Positions 50,370 through 60,182 of a DNA stretch of 64,000 nucleotides are shown here, one piece after another; the stretch's first letter is position 1; every line of letters starts with the position of its first letter. This DNA is from Spirochaetia bacterium (lineage in GTDB: Bacteria > Spirochaetota > Spirochaetia > DSM-27196 > Salinispiraceae): NCBI GenBank assembly GCA_038204425.1, contig JBBRCZ010000001.1, positions 512,639-576,638 on the forward strand, in the 5' to 3' direction. The position numbers and the translations under genes are program-made. A model generated the notes under the pieces. It was given only the letters and a program-made list of their open reading frames with translations, was not told the origin of the DNA and ran no database searches.

Positions 50370-52001
50370 TTATGCAGTGATTGCAGCCACATCTTGTTCT
50401 ACCGTTGAGGTGGCTCTAATGCCAAAGTTTTCTACCAAGACTTTTGCAACTCCGGGTGAGAGAAACGCAGGAAGCGTTGGCCCCAAACGGATATTCTTAA
50501 AGCCCAAGGATAACAATGCCAAAAGAACAGCAACTGCTTTTTGTTCGTACCAAGCTATGGCGAAATCAATTGGCAAATCATTGACATCGGCCAGACCAAA
50601 GGCTTCTTTGAGCGTCAGCGCTGTGACGGCCAAGCTGTACGAGTCGTTACACTGGCCGGCATCAAGCACTCGTGGTATGCCAGCAATGTCGCCAAGCTGC
50701 TTTTTGTTGTAGCGAAACTTAGCACAACCTGCCGTTAGGATGACCGTTGACTTAGGAAGCGCATCAGCAAGATCGCCAAAGTAGTCTCTACTTTTATGCC
50801 GGCCATCGCAACCTGCCATGATGACAAACTTGCTGATTGCTCCGCTTTTGATAGCGTCAACAACCTTGCCAGCCAAGGCCTTTATTTGCACGTGAGCAAA
50901 GCCACCAACGATAGAGCCTTCTTCCAAGGATTGCGGTGGCAAACAGACTTTGGCTCTCGCAATAAGTTGCGAAAAATCTTTGCTGCCATCAGCTTGTTCT
51001 GTTAAGTGGGGCACGTTGGGGTAGCCTGCCATTCCTGTTGTCCAGATCCGGTCGGCATAGGCCGGACGAACAGGAACTATGCAGTTGGTAGTCATAAGAA
51101 TTGGGCCGTTAAAGCTTGCAAACTCTTTGTCTTGCTGCCACCAAGCGTTGCCGTAGTTTCCTACAAAATGTGCATATTTTTTAAACTCTGGATAATAGTT
51201 GGCGGCCAACATTTCGGAGTGTGTGTAGACATCCACTCCTGTATCTTTGGTCTGCTCAAGTAACTGCTTCATATCATGCAGGTCGTGACCAGAAATGAGG
51301 ATGCCGGGCCTAGTGCCAACGCCGATATTGACCTTGGTAATTTCTGGATTGCCATAGGTCTGAGTATTGGCCTTGTCCAAAAGCGCCATCGCTTTGACGG
51401 CCGTATTGCCTGTCTCGAGCACTAAAGCGGTTAAGGCAGCGGGGTCTTCTTCGCTTGCGCTCAGGGCCAAAGCCTTGAGAATGGCGGCATAGACTGGCTC
51501 TTCTTCAAAGCCTAAGACGGCGGCGTGTTCTGCATAAGCGGCGACGCCTTTGAGGCCATAGATGGTTAGTTCTCTTAGTGAACGTACATCTTCGTTTTGA
51601 GTTGCTAAAACACCGAGCTGCTGAGCTTGTGCGAGTAATATTTCCATTACCGCGGGGCTGGTAAGGATTTGTTGCGGGCTTAGATCTCTTGGCAGCAAAG
51701 CACTAGTTTGATTGCCATTGGCATGGGCCGCAATTTGCGCTTCTGCATCAAAAATTAGACCCAGGATGCGTAGATCATCAAAATTTGCGTTAGTTATGGT
51801 GGCAAATAAACCCTGACAAACCGTCCTGCCAATTTTTAGGCGCTGCTCTTGACTGTGGTCGCTAATCGTAGCAAGTTTTTTGAGTCGATCTATAAGTAGG
51901 TCTTGCAGGAGTGCGGTTTGGGATGACTTACCACAGACCCCTCTGACCGTGCACGCGCTGTTGTTGGCTGCTTCTTGACACTGAAAACAATACATACTCA
52001 T
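50370..52001 (-). CDS. hcp: Hybrid cluster protein (hydroxylamine/NO reductase)
   Basis: MYCFQCQE...CT..GVCGK, SGHDL, YTHSEM, GCDG, GQCNDSY and WYEQKA motifs. Confidence 0.96.
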   Translation of the reverse strand: MSMYCFQCQEAANNSACTVRGVCGKSSQTALLQDLLIDRLKKLATISDHSQEQRLKIGRTVCQGLFATITNANFDDLRILGLIFDAEAQIAAHANGNQTSALLPRDLSPQQILTSPAVMEILLAQAQQLGVLATQNEDVRSLRELTIYGLKGVAAYAEHAAVLGFEEEPVYAAILKALALSASEEDPAALTALVLETGNTAVKAMALLDKANTQTYGNPEITKVNIGVGTRPGILISGHDLHDMKQLLEQTKDTGVDVYTHSEMLAANYYPEFKKYAHFVGNYGNAWWQQDKEFASFNGPILMTTNCIVPVRPAYADRIWTTGMAGYPNVPHLTEQADGSKDFSQLIARAKVCLPPQSLEEGSIVGGFAHVQIKALAGKVVDAIKSGAISKFVIMAGCDGRHKSRDYFGDLADALPKSTVILTAGCAKFRYNKKQLGDIAGIPRVLDAGQCNDSYSLAVTALTLKEAFGLADVNDLPIDFAIAWYEQKAVAVLLALLSLGFKNIRLGPTLPAFLSPGVAKVLVENFGIRATSTVEQDVAAITA

Positions 52002-52039
52002 TTGCTTATCCCCTTATCTGCTTGTTGGTGTATTGCTTG

Positions 52040-52082
52040 AGCATAGCTCGCCCCGGCAGCTTGTACCTTGACTTAGGTCAAG
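52040..52082 (-). promoter_or_regulatory. Class II Crp/Fnr-type promoter of hcp
   Basis: Palindrome CTTGACttagGTCAAG (52067-82) is centred at -41.5 relative to the minus-strand -10 TATGCT (52045-52040). Confidence 0.75.
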
Positions 52083-52103
52083 CAAGTACGTTGTAATTGC
52101 AGC

Positions 52104-52784
52104 ATGGATCAAACACAAAGTCAGGCTATGGTGCGACAGGCTCTCATTAAGGCCCATGATATTTTGGGCAAGCTCAACAACGAAGCTCAGCTTGAGCTTG
52201 GCCAAGGCTGTAAGTTAAAAATGATAGAAGCAGACAGCTATGTCTTTAGGCAAGGCGATGACGGAGACAGCTTTTATGGCTTGTGTCGCGGTGCGGTTAG
52301 AGTTTTTAAACAAAGCCCCGAGGGTCGCGAGGCAACGGTAAAGATTCTCACAGCCGGCGAAATTTTTGGTGAAGCAATTATGTTTAGGAGAATCCCCTAC
52401 CCGGCTGACGCGCTGGTGCTTGAAGATGCAAGTTTGCTTGAGATACCGCGTGAGCTTTTTATGCGACTTATGCACAACGAAGGCTTTCGTAGCGACTTTT
52501 TTATGGCAATTATGAGCAAGCTTGATTATCTTACTAGGCGAGTCTACTTTTTGACAGCGCTCGACGTTGAGGATCGATTTTTTAATTATTTGTTTGAACA
52601 ATACGGCAAGTTGGCTAGCTATAGGATTAGCACAAGCAAAAAAGACATTGCCGCCGCCATCGGTACGGTCCCCGAGACTTTTTCGCGCCTCTTGCAGAGG
52701 CTTAAAGCCAAAGGGGAGATTAGCTGGGAGGGCGATGAGCTGCAGCTGTCCCAGCAGGTCTTTAAGCGCTACGAAGGCGCTTAA
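52104..52784 (+). CDS. hcpR: Crp/Fnr-family regulator (HcpR/Dnr-like)
   Basis: cNMP-like domain plus HTH IAAAIGTVPETFSRLL; divergent from hcp. Confidence 0.8.
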   Translation: MDQTQSQAMVRQALIKAHDILGKLNNEAQLELGQGCKLKMIEADSYVFRQGDDGDSFYGLCRGAVRVFKQSPEGREATVKILTAGEIFGEAIMFRRIPYPADALVLEDASLLEIPRELFMRLMHNEGFRSDFFMAIMSKLDYLTRRVYFLTALDVEDRFFNYLFEQYGKLASYRISTSKKDIAAAIGTVPETFSRLLQRLKAKGEISWEGDELQLSQQVFKRYEGA

Positions 52785-52843
52785 CACTTAGTGGCTAGAT
52801 GGACTTTGTTAAACTATACTTAGTATTTAGGAAGGCTATGCAC

Positions 52844-53521
52844 ATGAAATCACTTATATTTGCTGTTTTGCTGATAGTTGGCTCGCTTCTTCCCTTGGCC
52901 GCCTTAGACACGGCAAGCAAGGTAACGGTCCTAAACCTGTACTCGCAGCCGATTGATGTGCAAATTGGTGACACTCCGGTGCTGAGCATTCTGGCTCTGC
53001 CACATGGCATACCAACTAGGCCCCAGCGCGTTGAGAACTATGAAGCACAAACTATGTACTTTAAAACAAACGATGCCACTGCCTGGCGAGTCTATTCCAA
53101 TGCTAATGCCCAGGTTTTGCAGCTAAAATTTATACCAACCCTGCGTTATTTGATCTTGTTTGATCACCTTGGCTCAGTAAGTGTTAGCGCTTTTGTGCCT
53201 ATTTACCAAGATGAGGCTCGTTTAGCAATTGCCAATGCATCGCAAGCCGAAATAAAGCTGGTCCAAATTGACTCAGGCAATGATAATTCGCTACGACTTG
53301 CACCAATGCCGCTTGGTGCCGTAAGTCGTTTTGCTAGTCTGGGTCAAGGACTCGCTCGTATTGCACTCGGCGAAGCAGGTGAACAAGGCAGCATAACGAG
53401 CAGCCTCGATCTCAAGGCCGGCACCTGGAACCTAGCAATTATTGTCCAAGACAGCCAGGCTGATACAAAACGTTTGGAGCTATGGCAGTTAGAAAACGAT
53501 GCATCTTTGATGCTGCCCTAG
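52844..53521 (+). CDS. Secreted beta-rich protein, paralog of 7673-8389
   Basis: Signal peptide. SKVTVLNLYSQPIDVQIG aligns with SRVFAVNLWTQAVDVSLG. Confidence 0.65.
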   Translation: MKSLIFAVLLIVGSLLPLAALDTASKVTVLNLYSQPIDVQIGDTPVLSILALPHGIPTRPQRVENYEAQTMYFKTNDATAWRVYSNANAQVLQLKFIPTLRYLILFDHLGSVSVSAFVPIYQDEARLAIANASQAEIKLVQIDSGNDNSLRLAPMPLGAVSRFASLGQGLARIALGEAGEQGSITSSLDLKAGTWNLAIIVQDSQADTKRLELWQLENDASLMLP

Positions 53522-53578
53522 AGATAAAACCACCTGCCCGTCAGCCACAAGACTATGCCATGGTTTAGCGAACTGGCT

Positions 53579-54364
53579 CTATTTTTTTTCTACTTCGGTG
53601 GTATCGGCTGTGATAGCGGGTTGCAGTTGATCTGCCACAATAGACACCTGTCCGCTGCGATGGAGAACCTTTGTTTCTAATAACTGGTAGATTGCTTTTC
53701 TATAAATGACGCCGAGCCCAAAAAACAAACAAGCTACGCTCACTAAGACAATAACCAATGTCCAGTTTTGACCGGACATGGCGTTGCCGGCGATGATACT
53801 CACCAGCAATGATGGTAGACGACCGCCTATGGAAAGCACCAGAAAAAAACCAAGCCTCATCGTAGTTAGTCCGCCTACAAAGCCCAAAAAGTCTTTGGGA
53901 AGTCCTGGGATTAGGTAGAGCAGAAAAAAAACAGCCGTTGCCTTGGGGGTGGAAATGTAGCCTTCAAACTTTTGGACTTCTTCTTGGCCAAAGAGCTTAG
54001 TTACAAAGGAAATGCCGAGTTTTCTGGTGGTCAAAAAACAGATGGCAGTACCAATAATGAGGCCAATAATTGCGTAGAGCGTACCTGGAAGGATGCCAAA
54101 AAAATACCCTGCGGCGACTTGTGCTACCTCACCGGGTAATACAAAAATAACAATTTGAGTAATTTGAATGCCAATGTAGGCTATTGGTGCCCAAACACCA
54201 AACTGTGCAAGCCAAGTCTGGAGAGCTTCAGTACTACCCATAACCGCCATGATATCTTTCCAAAACACTATGGCAAAAACGGTAAGTCCGCCAAAAAAAA
54301 CAAGCAAAATAAGTCCGAGAATTATATAAGCACGCAATCTACTACGCGGTTTAGTCGTTTCCAT
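53579..54364 (-). CDS. DedA/TVP38 (VTT domain) membrane protein
   Basis: QIVIFVLPGE, AGYFFG, LYLIPGLPKD and GRLPS motifs. Confidence 0.85.
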   Translation of the reverse strand: METTKPRSRLRAYIILGLILLVFFGGLTVFAIVFWKDIMAVMGSTEALQTWLAQFGVWAPIAYIGIQITQIVIFVLPGEVAQVAAGYFFGILPGTLYAIIGLIIGTAICFLTTRKLGISFVTKLFGQEEVQKFEGYISTPKATAVFFLLYLIPGLPKDFLGFVGGLTTMRLGFFLVLSIGGRLPSLLVSIIAGNAMSGQNWTLVIVLVSVACLFFGLGVIYRKAIYQLLETKVLHRSGQVSIVADQLQPAITADTTEVEKK

Positions 54365-54366
54365 TG

Positions 54367-55299
54367 TTAGATTATGGCATGCGGCTCAATTGCTTGGAAG
54401 GGATAAACCCAAGTGAGTTCGTGTTTATTGTACGAACCATGATACAAAAGGCTGTCCTTGATTGACGCGAAGCGCTCCATAGTGTGCCAGTCTGGTTCTC
54501 CTTGCATCTTGAGTGTGAGCACAAAGTTTTTGACCTTGCCGCTTTGCAACCATGGATCGACCCACTGCCACAGACGCTCAGGGTAGCAGATGAGATCTGA
54601 ACATAGCCAGTCCACCGATTCAAATGAATCGGGCTGTAAAGCAAAAGCGTTGCCTTTTTGGAACTGCAGCGCTCCATTGAGCATGAGCCTTTGGTCAAGC
54701 GGACTGCGATCAACGGCCAAAACGTTGGCCCCATGGTCGAGCAAGAGCCAAGTCCAACCACCGGGAGAAGCACCAAGATCGATGCAAGACTGGCCAGGCT
54801 GTGGAAAACGGCGCAGGCGAATAAATGCCTCACGTAACTTCTGATAGGCACTTGATGGTGGGTCAATTTTGTTTTCTTCTAGCTCGAGCCTGCCTGCTGC
54901 AAAGGGACTTTGGCACTGGCCTGAGGCAATAAGCGTATGCTCGTCGATGAGTGTCCAGTTGCCGATAGGACTGGTTGGCAGGTCAAAAGGGTAAACCTTG
55001 GCCTTGTCATTGATAAAAGGTAGCTTTTCTTGAATTAGTGTAGCGCGACGGTGCAAGGTAGAAGGCGATAAGGCCCAATTGCGTTGAATCGAACGCAGTT
55101 GGTCGGCAGCACCTTTGATTGAATCAAAGCGAATGAGCCATGGTTGATACCAAATGTTTTTGGACCAGTAGCTTGGCTTATAGCAGTTGTTTGGAAGACA
55201 TAGTTGACCGTAGCGCTGGTAAGGAGAGTCAATCTCATGTTCCAGATAGTCGCTCCATTCGTCATCGATCAAGTAGGCCCAAGTTTCGAGTTTGTCCAT
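54367..55299 (-). CDS. RlmM/FtsJ-like SAM-dependent RNA methyltransferase
   Basis: PPSSAYQKLREA, DLGASPGGWT, WLCSD and HNK-like YNKHELT motifs. Confidence 0.8.
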   Translation of the reverse strand: MDKLETWAYLIDDEWSDYLEHEIDSPYQRYGQLCLPNNCYKPSYWSKNIWYQPWLIRFDSIKGAADQLRSIQRNWALSPSTLHRRATLIQEKLPFINDKAKVYPFDLPTSPIGNWTLIDEHTLIASGQCQSPFAAGRLELEENKIDPPSSAYQKLREAFIRLRRFPQPGQSCIDLGASPGGWTWLLLDHGANVLAVDRSPLDQRLMLNGALQFQKGNAFALQPDSFESVDWLCSDLICYPERLWQWVDPWLQSGKVKNFVLTLKMQGEPDWHTMERFASIKDSLLYHGSYNKHELTWVYPFQAIEPHAII

Positions 55300-55348
55300 T
55301 TTTATAAATAATATCACAAAAAAATTTGTTTCGATATATACTAATTTG

Positions 55349-56851
55349 ATGAGTGAAAGTAACTACTTAGTTTTTGACAATCCGCTGCCAAAAAAAACAA
55401 TTCGGCGAGCAAAGAATCTCAGCAAGCGTTATGCTAAACGCTTTGGTTTTGATAATAGTTGGAAGCCCCTTTTGGAGGCCAAACCGATGCCCTTGGGTTA
55501 TGAGGAATTTGGCATCCAAACGCTTAGTCTCAAGAGCTCTAACGAACAAGAGGCTGGACCCACAGATGGCAGCTCCGAGGGAAATTTTTACAAGCAGAAC
55601 CCTAGTGGCGTAGTAATTGGAACTATCCGGATGGGTTTTGGACATTACCGTATAGGTTTGGCACTCGCCTCGGCGGCCAAGTCCATGGGCATCACGCCCT
55701 ACTGGTTGGACTTTTTGTCGTTTCCTGATAGCGCGCCAACAAAAATAATTCACTATCTTGAAGATCTCTACAACAAATTTAGTCGGTTTTCTCAGACCCA
55801 CCGCTGGTTTAACCGCTTAATCTGGGAAAAGATTACCTCAGACGTGGTGCAACAAATCACCTACTGCGCACGAGACCGTGAGCTAACGCGAATGTTTGCG
55901 CCACTCTTGCAAGACTTGCCGCATGGCATACCGTTTTTGGGCACGCACCCTTGGACTGGACTAGCCGCGGTACATGCTGGCATGTCCAATGTCGTCTCAG
56001 TGGTTCCTGACAATTTTCCACTGGCCTTCCATTTGGTAGAAGGCTCAAGTCATGCAGTCCAAACCCCGTCTACGTATATGGGATATAGGACTTTACGGAA
56101 CATGGGATACAAGGGCCGCTACATGCTCAATCCTATGCCCGAGGAGAGTATCTTTTATGCGGGGCACTTTGTTGATCATGAGCTTGTAAGTAACATAGAG
56201 GAAGACTGCGAAAACCGGCTAAAAAGAATTCATGACCACAACCGTGCTCGCAGGTTGCTCTTGACCATCGGTGGTGCTGGTGCGCAAATGCAGCGCTTTT
56301 TTGACGTAATTAGGTTTTGTCGCCAAGCCATAGAAGAGGGCAAAGTTGGGCTTTTAATAAATCTTGGTGATCATGCAGGTCGATGTCAGGATTTAATAAG
56401 CATGCTAGAAAAAGAGGGAATCAAGCATGTCTTGCACCAAGACTGGGCCGACGTCAAGGGTTTTGCTGAAGAAGCCAGAACCACCAAGGTGCGTGGTATT
56501 CATCTCTTTTTGGCCAACAATACTTTTCAGGCAGTCTATACTACCAACTTGCTTATGCGAGCCTGTGATTTGATGATTACTAAACCCAGTGAGCTGTCTT
56601 TCTACCCGGTACCCAAGCTTTTTATTGAGCGGGTTGGCCGACATGAGGCATGGGGCGCCATCCGTGGAGCCGAGATTGGCGACGGCACTCTAGAAACCTC
56701 ATCAATCAATGGACTCTATCAATCTTTGAGGATAGCAATTGAAAAAGATGACTTGCTTTCATTGTACTGTAATAATATTGTAAAGAATAAGCAGGCTGGC
56801 ATTTACGATGGTGCCTACAATGCTATAAAAAGAGCAGTTAAACAGTCTTAA
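55349..56851 (+). CDS. Conserved GT-B-fold (MGDG-synthase/MurG-like) protein
   Basis: RMGFGHYRI, LTIGGAGAQ and DLMITKPSEL motifs. Confidence 0.65.
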   Translation: MSESNYLVFDNPLPKKTIRRAKNLSKRYAKRFGFDNSWKPLLEAKPMPLGYEEFGIQTLSLKSSNEQEAGPTDGSSEGNFYKQNPSGVVIGTIRMGFGHYRIGLALASAAKSMGITPYWLDFLSFPDSAPTKIIHYLEDLYNKFSRFSQTHRWFNRLIWEKITSDVVQQITYCARDRELTRMFAPLLQDLPHGIPFLGTHPWTGLAAVHAGMSNVVSVVPDNFPLAFHLVEGSSHAVQTPSTYMGYRTLRNMGYKGRYMLNPMPEESIFYAGHFVDHELVSNIEEDCENRLKRIHDHNRARRLLLTIGGAGAQMQRFFDVIRFCRQAIEEGKVGLLINLGDHAGRCQDLISMLEKEGIKHVLHQDWADVKGFAEEARTTKVRGIHLFLANNTFQAVYTTNLLMRACDLMITKPSELSFYPVPKLFIERVGRHEAWGAIRGAEIGDGTLETSSINGLYQSLRIAIEKDDLLSLYCNNIVKNKQAGIYDGAYNAIKRAVKQS

Positions 56852-56866
56852 GCAAAGCGAGTCCTT

Positions 56867-58249
56867 GTGAGTACTAGTCTCAATATTCTTACTGTCGACT
56901 TTGGCACTTCGTCTGCCAAGGCCGCACTTATAGACCAAAGCGGCCATGTGCTTTGGTATTTCCACGATAGTCTCTTGCTCAACAGTCGGCAGCTTATGGA
57001 CTGGGAAGCGCATTGGTGGGAAGAGTCGCTCAAACGCATAGTTAGCAACTTTGCACGCTCGGGACTGGAGGCCGATGCCTTGGTTATGAGCGGCAACGGG
57101 CCGAGCTTGGTGGCGGTTGACCATCTGGGTGAGACCTTGTCACCTAGTCTCTTGTGGATTGATGACCGGCGTAGAGCCTTGGCCGATACCAAAAGCTACT
57201 ATTTGCCAAAAATCGCCTGGTTTGCCCAAGAGCATGCGCTGGGCTACAAAAATGTGCGTCATTTTTTGTCCTTACCCGAATACTTGTACTACAAGCTCAG
57301 TGGTCAAGCCGTTATGATTGGCCCCTCAGCTGCCTTTAACGACTACATTTGGAACGACCAAGAAATTAAAAAATATGAGATAGACAAGAATCTCTTGCCG
57401 CCCTTTGTAAGTCCTGGCGCACTAATTGGCACAGTGAGCAAAGCTGCCGCCAAGTCCTTTGGGCTAAAAGCTGGCCTAAAGTTGCTAGCCGGAGGTTCGG
57501 ACTTTTTGATGAGTTTGATCGGCACCAACACGCTGAGCGCTGGTAAGACCTGCGACAGGGCTGGTAGTTCAGAAGGAATAAATCATTGTTCTAGCCTTGC
57601 ACTCTCCAGCGACAAGCTGCGTACCCTACCCCACATTAGTGAGGGTCTCTTTAATGTCTCGGGGGTGCTTGGTTCTACTGGTCTGATGTTTGAATGGTTT
57701 AGACGCATTAGCGGCAAAACTGAGACAAGTTACTTTGCAATGTTGGAAGCTATTCAAGCCTTGCCGCCTGAAGGCAATTACCCCTACTTTTTTCCTAATC
57801 ACCACAAGAATGCGGCTTGGGATTTTAGTAAGGCCATGTTTATAAACCTAGCCACCGCCCATGTTTGGGAAGACCTCGGACGAGCGGTGGTAGAAAGCAT
57901 AGCTTTTTCGGTTCGTAAAAAGCTCGAACATATGCGCGCAGCTGGTTGTACGCTGAGTCAACTCAGGCTTTGCGGCGGACAAGCCAAAAACATGGCATGG
58001 AACCAACTCAAAGCTGATATTTGCGGCATGGAATTGTGGGTACCGGTAATAAAAGATGCCGAACTGTGTGGCAACGCCATTTTGGGATTGTGCGGTTTGG
58101 GTCACTTTAAGGATTTTTACGAGGGTGCCGAGGCACTTGTTCGCCAGGAAGCAATTATTGAGCCGGACGCCCAGCGCTACAAGATCTTTGGCCAACGCTA
58201 TGATGAGTATTGCAGCCGCGAGCTGGCCGTGTCATCACTTTTTAGTTAA
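56867..58249 (+). CDS. FGGY-family carbohydrate kinase (xylulokinase-like)
   Basis: VDFGTSSAKA, LWIDDR, RAVVES, GGQAK..WNQLKADI. Confidence 0.85.
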   Translation: MSTSLNILTVDFGTSSAKAALIDQSGHVLWYFHDSLLLNSRQLMDWEAHWWEESLKRIVSNFARSGLEADALVMSGNGPSLVAVDHLGETLSPSLLWIDDRRRALADTKSYYLPKIAWFAQEHALGYKNVRHFLSLPEYLYYKLSGQAVMIGPSAAFNDYIWNDQEIKKYEIDKNLLPPFVSPGALIGTVSKAAAKSFGLKAGLKLLAGGSDFLMSLIGTNTLSAGKTCDRAGSSEGINHCSSLALSSDKLRTLPHISEGLFNVSGVLGSTGLMFEWFRRISGKTETSYFAMLEAIQALPPEGNYPYFFPNHHKNAAWDFSKAMFINLATAHVWEDLGRAVVESIAFSVRKKLEHMRAAGCTLSQLRLCGGQAKNMAWNQLKADICGMELWVPVIKDAELCGNAILGLCGLGHFKDFYEGAEALVRQEAIIEPDAQRYKIFGQRYDEYCSRELAVSSLFS

Positions 58250-58280
58250 AAAAAAGCCGCTCAAGTCGTTTGAGCGGCTT
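58248..58280. terminator. Terminator of pyk, possibly bidirectional
   Basis: aaaaaaaagccgctcaa-gtcgt-ttgagcggctt. Confidence 0.8.
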
Positions 58281-58309
58281 ACTGTACTTACAAGTACAAC
58301 TTTCTGTTC

Positions 58310-59749
58310 TTACTTACTGTACTTAGCCAGAAGATTCTCAACGCTTGTAACTTCAATAAAGGTAGCGCCGTTGGTAGGACCAAAACTGCCTGCCAAGAGT
58401 AGGATTAAGTCACTACGTAATAGTGTGCTGTCTGCCAAGAGTTTGGAAACAGTTTCCTTAACAAAAACACCATGGTTTTTTTGCTCAGTAACCAAGTCGG
58501 CATTTACACCGTAGGTTAGAGCAAGGTTACGCATTACTTTGTCGTCATAGGTGGCAACAAAAATAGGCTGGCTACCTCTAAAGGAAGAGAGATAGCGTGC
58601 GGTTCGCCCTGTTGCGGTGTCAGCAATAATTGCTTTGATGGGCAACTCTTTACAGGCTTCAATCGCTTTTTCGGCCAAGAAGGCAGGAACTTCGTTGCTG
58701 GAATGCACAGTATTGATGCTGCGAATGCCGTCAATTGCGGTGTGGCTTTCGGTTTCGGCAGCAATCTTGGCCATAATGGTTACTGATTCCAAGGGATATT
58801 GACCGTAAGCGGTTTCGCCTGAGAGCATAAGACAGTCGGTACCGTCATAAACTGCATTGGCAATGTCACTTACTTCGGCACGAGTTGGTCGTGGGTTTTG
58901 GATCATAGTGTGCAACATCTGGGTTGCTGTAATAACTACGCGCTTGCGTTCACGGCACTTGCGGATGATCATTTTTTGTACAGCAGGGACTTTTTCGGCA
59001 GGGATCTCGATACCCATGTCACCACGAGCAACCATGATACCGTAGGCGACATCCAAAATCTCGTCAATGTTGTCTACGCCTTCTTGGTTTTCTATTTTGG
59101 CAATAATCTTACACTGAGCGCCCTTGGCATCCAGCATCTTTTGGATATCCAAGACATCTTGCTTGTGGCGTACAAAACTGTGGGCAATAAAGTCCAGCTC
59201 GTGCTTAATAGCAAAGTCAATATAGCTCAAGTCTTTGTCAGAAAGGCTTGGCAATTTAATAGCAACACCAGGAACGTTGACTGACTTCTTACCTTTGATT
59301 GGACCATCGTTGTCAATGCGACAAACTAGTTGATTGCCCTTTCTTTCCGTAACAGTCATACCAAGCTCGCCATCGTCAATAAGAATCTTGTTGCCAACAG
59401 GCACGTCTTTGGCAAAGTCGCCATAGCTCACGTAAAGAATCTCGCGGCTTGACTCTTTGGTCTTAGACTCGTCGCCCTCAACAATTATGATCTCGCCAGA
59501 CTTAACAGTGATGTTTGCGCCCTCTTTGAGCTTTAGAGTGCGGATCTCAGGGCCTTTGGTGTCAAGAATGAGTGGAATCTTTCGGCTTACCTTGCGAACG
59601 TTGTCAACAACCTTAAGGGTGTCGTCGAGTGTCTGATGTGCGGTGTTGAGTCGAACACCGTTCATGCCAGCTGCATGCAAAGACTTGATAAAATCCAGAT
59701 CACAACGCATATCGCTGATGGTTGCCAAGATCTTAGTTTGCTTCTTCAT
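58310..59749 (-). CDS. pyk: Pyruvate kinase
   Basis: TKILAT, LDTKGPEIR, AKIEN, VARGDMG, TQML and MLSGETA motifs. Confidence 0.97.
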   Translation of the reverse strand: MKKQTKILATISDMRCDLDFIKSLHAAGMNGVRLNTAHQTLDDTLKVVDNVRKVSRKIPLILDTKGPEIRTLKLKEGANITVKSGEIIIVEGDESKTKESSREILYVSYGDFAKDVPVGNKILIDDGELGMTVTERKGNQLVCRIDNDGPIKGKKSVNVPGVAIKLPSLSDKDLSYIDFAIKHELDFIAHSFVRHKQDVLDIQKMLDAKGAQCKIIAKIENQEGVDNIDEILDVAYGIMVARGDMGIEIPAEKVPAVQKMIIRKCRERKRVVITATQMLHTMIQNPRPTRAEVSDIANAVYDGTDCLMLSGETAYGQYPLESVTIMAKIAAETESHTAIDGIRSINTVHSSNEVPAFLAEKAIEACKELPIKAIIADTATGRTARYLSSFRGSQPIFVATYDDKVMRNLALTYGVNADLVTEQKNHGVFVKETVSKLLADSTLLRSDLILLLAGSFGPTNGATFIEVTSVENLLAKYSK

Positions 59750-59836
59750 AATAATCTCCGGTTTTGGATGGATAATGTGCGCATTATATCGTCAACGGCT
59801 GTTAACAGTCAAAGGGTCTTAAGCTAAGCAAACGCG

Positions 59837-59865
59837 TTGACACAAAAGCCACACTTTGCTAACAT
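59837..59865 (+). promoter_or_regulatory. Promoter of tRNA-Leu
   Basis: TTGACA-17-TAACAT with an extended TG and a GCCGGCC discriminator. Confidence 0.75.
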
Positions 59866-59906
59866 GCCGGCCATACACAAGCCCCAACGGGCCATGCATA
59901 TCGCTT

Positions 59907-59990
59907 GCGGCGGTGGCGGAATTGGTAGACGCGCTAGTTTGAGGGGCTAGTGACAGCAATGTTGTGCGGGTTCAAGTCCCGCTCGCCGCA
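59907..59990 (+). tRNA. tRNA-Leu(GAG)
   Basis: CTAGT-TTGAGGG-GCTAG anticodon arm, long variable arm and GGTTCAAGTCC T-arm. Confidence 0.95.
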
Positions 59991-59997
59991 AATTTAC

Positions 59998-60026
59998 AAA
60001 AAGTCACCTGTATTGGTGACTTTTTT
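59998..60026 (+). terminator. tRNA-Leu terminator
   Basis: aaaaagtcacc-tgtatt-ggtgactttttt. Confidence 0.85.
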
Positions 60027-60029
60027 ATT

Positions 60030-60114
60030 GGCGATGCGGGACTTGAACGCCAATGGTGCGCTGGGCGCCTAGCCCAGGAAGGCAGACATCGTGTCTGCCG
60101 CCAGCACGATTGGC
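60030..60114. repeat. tRNA-linked element: inverted copy of the tRNA 3' end plus a branched palindrome
   Basis: GGCGAtGCGGGACTTGAAC is the reverse complement of 59970-59987 with one insertion. It is followed by an outer stem enclosing two hairpins. Confidence 0.7.
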
Positions 60115-60182
60115 CGTAGTGTTGGGTACACGCCTTTGGCGTGTTGAAGAAAAAATACTATCGCTTATTGCAGGGGTTAAAT

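Noticed and set aside
2787..59990. The 61-kb interval as a composite transposon or prophage between the direct repeats
   Set aside because: The content is core housekeeping genes and tRNAs, with no phage or conjugation genes.
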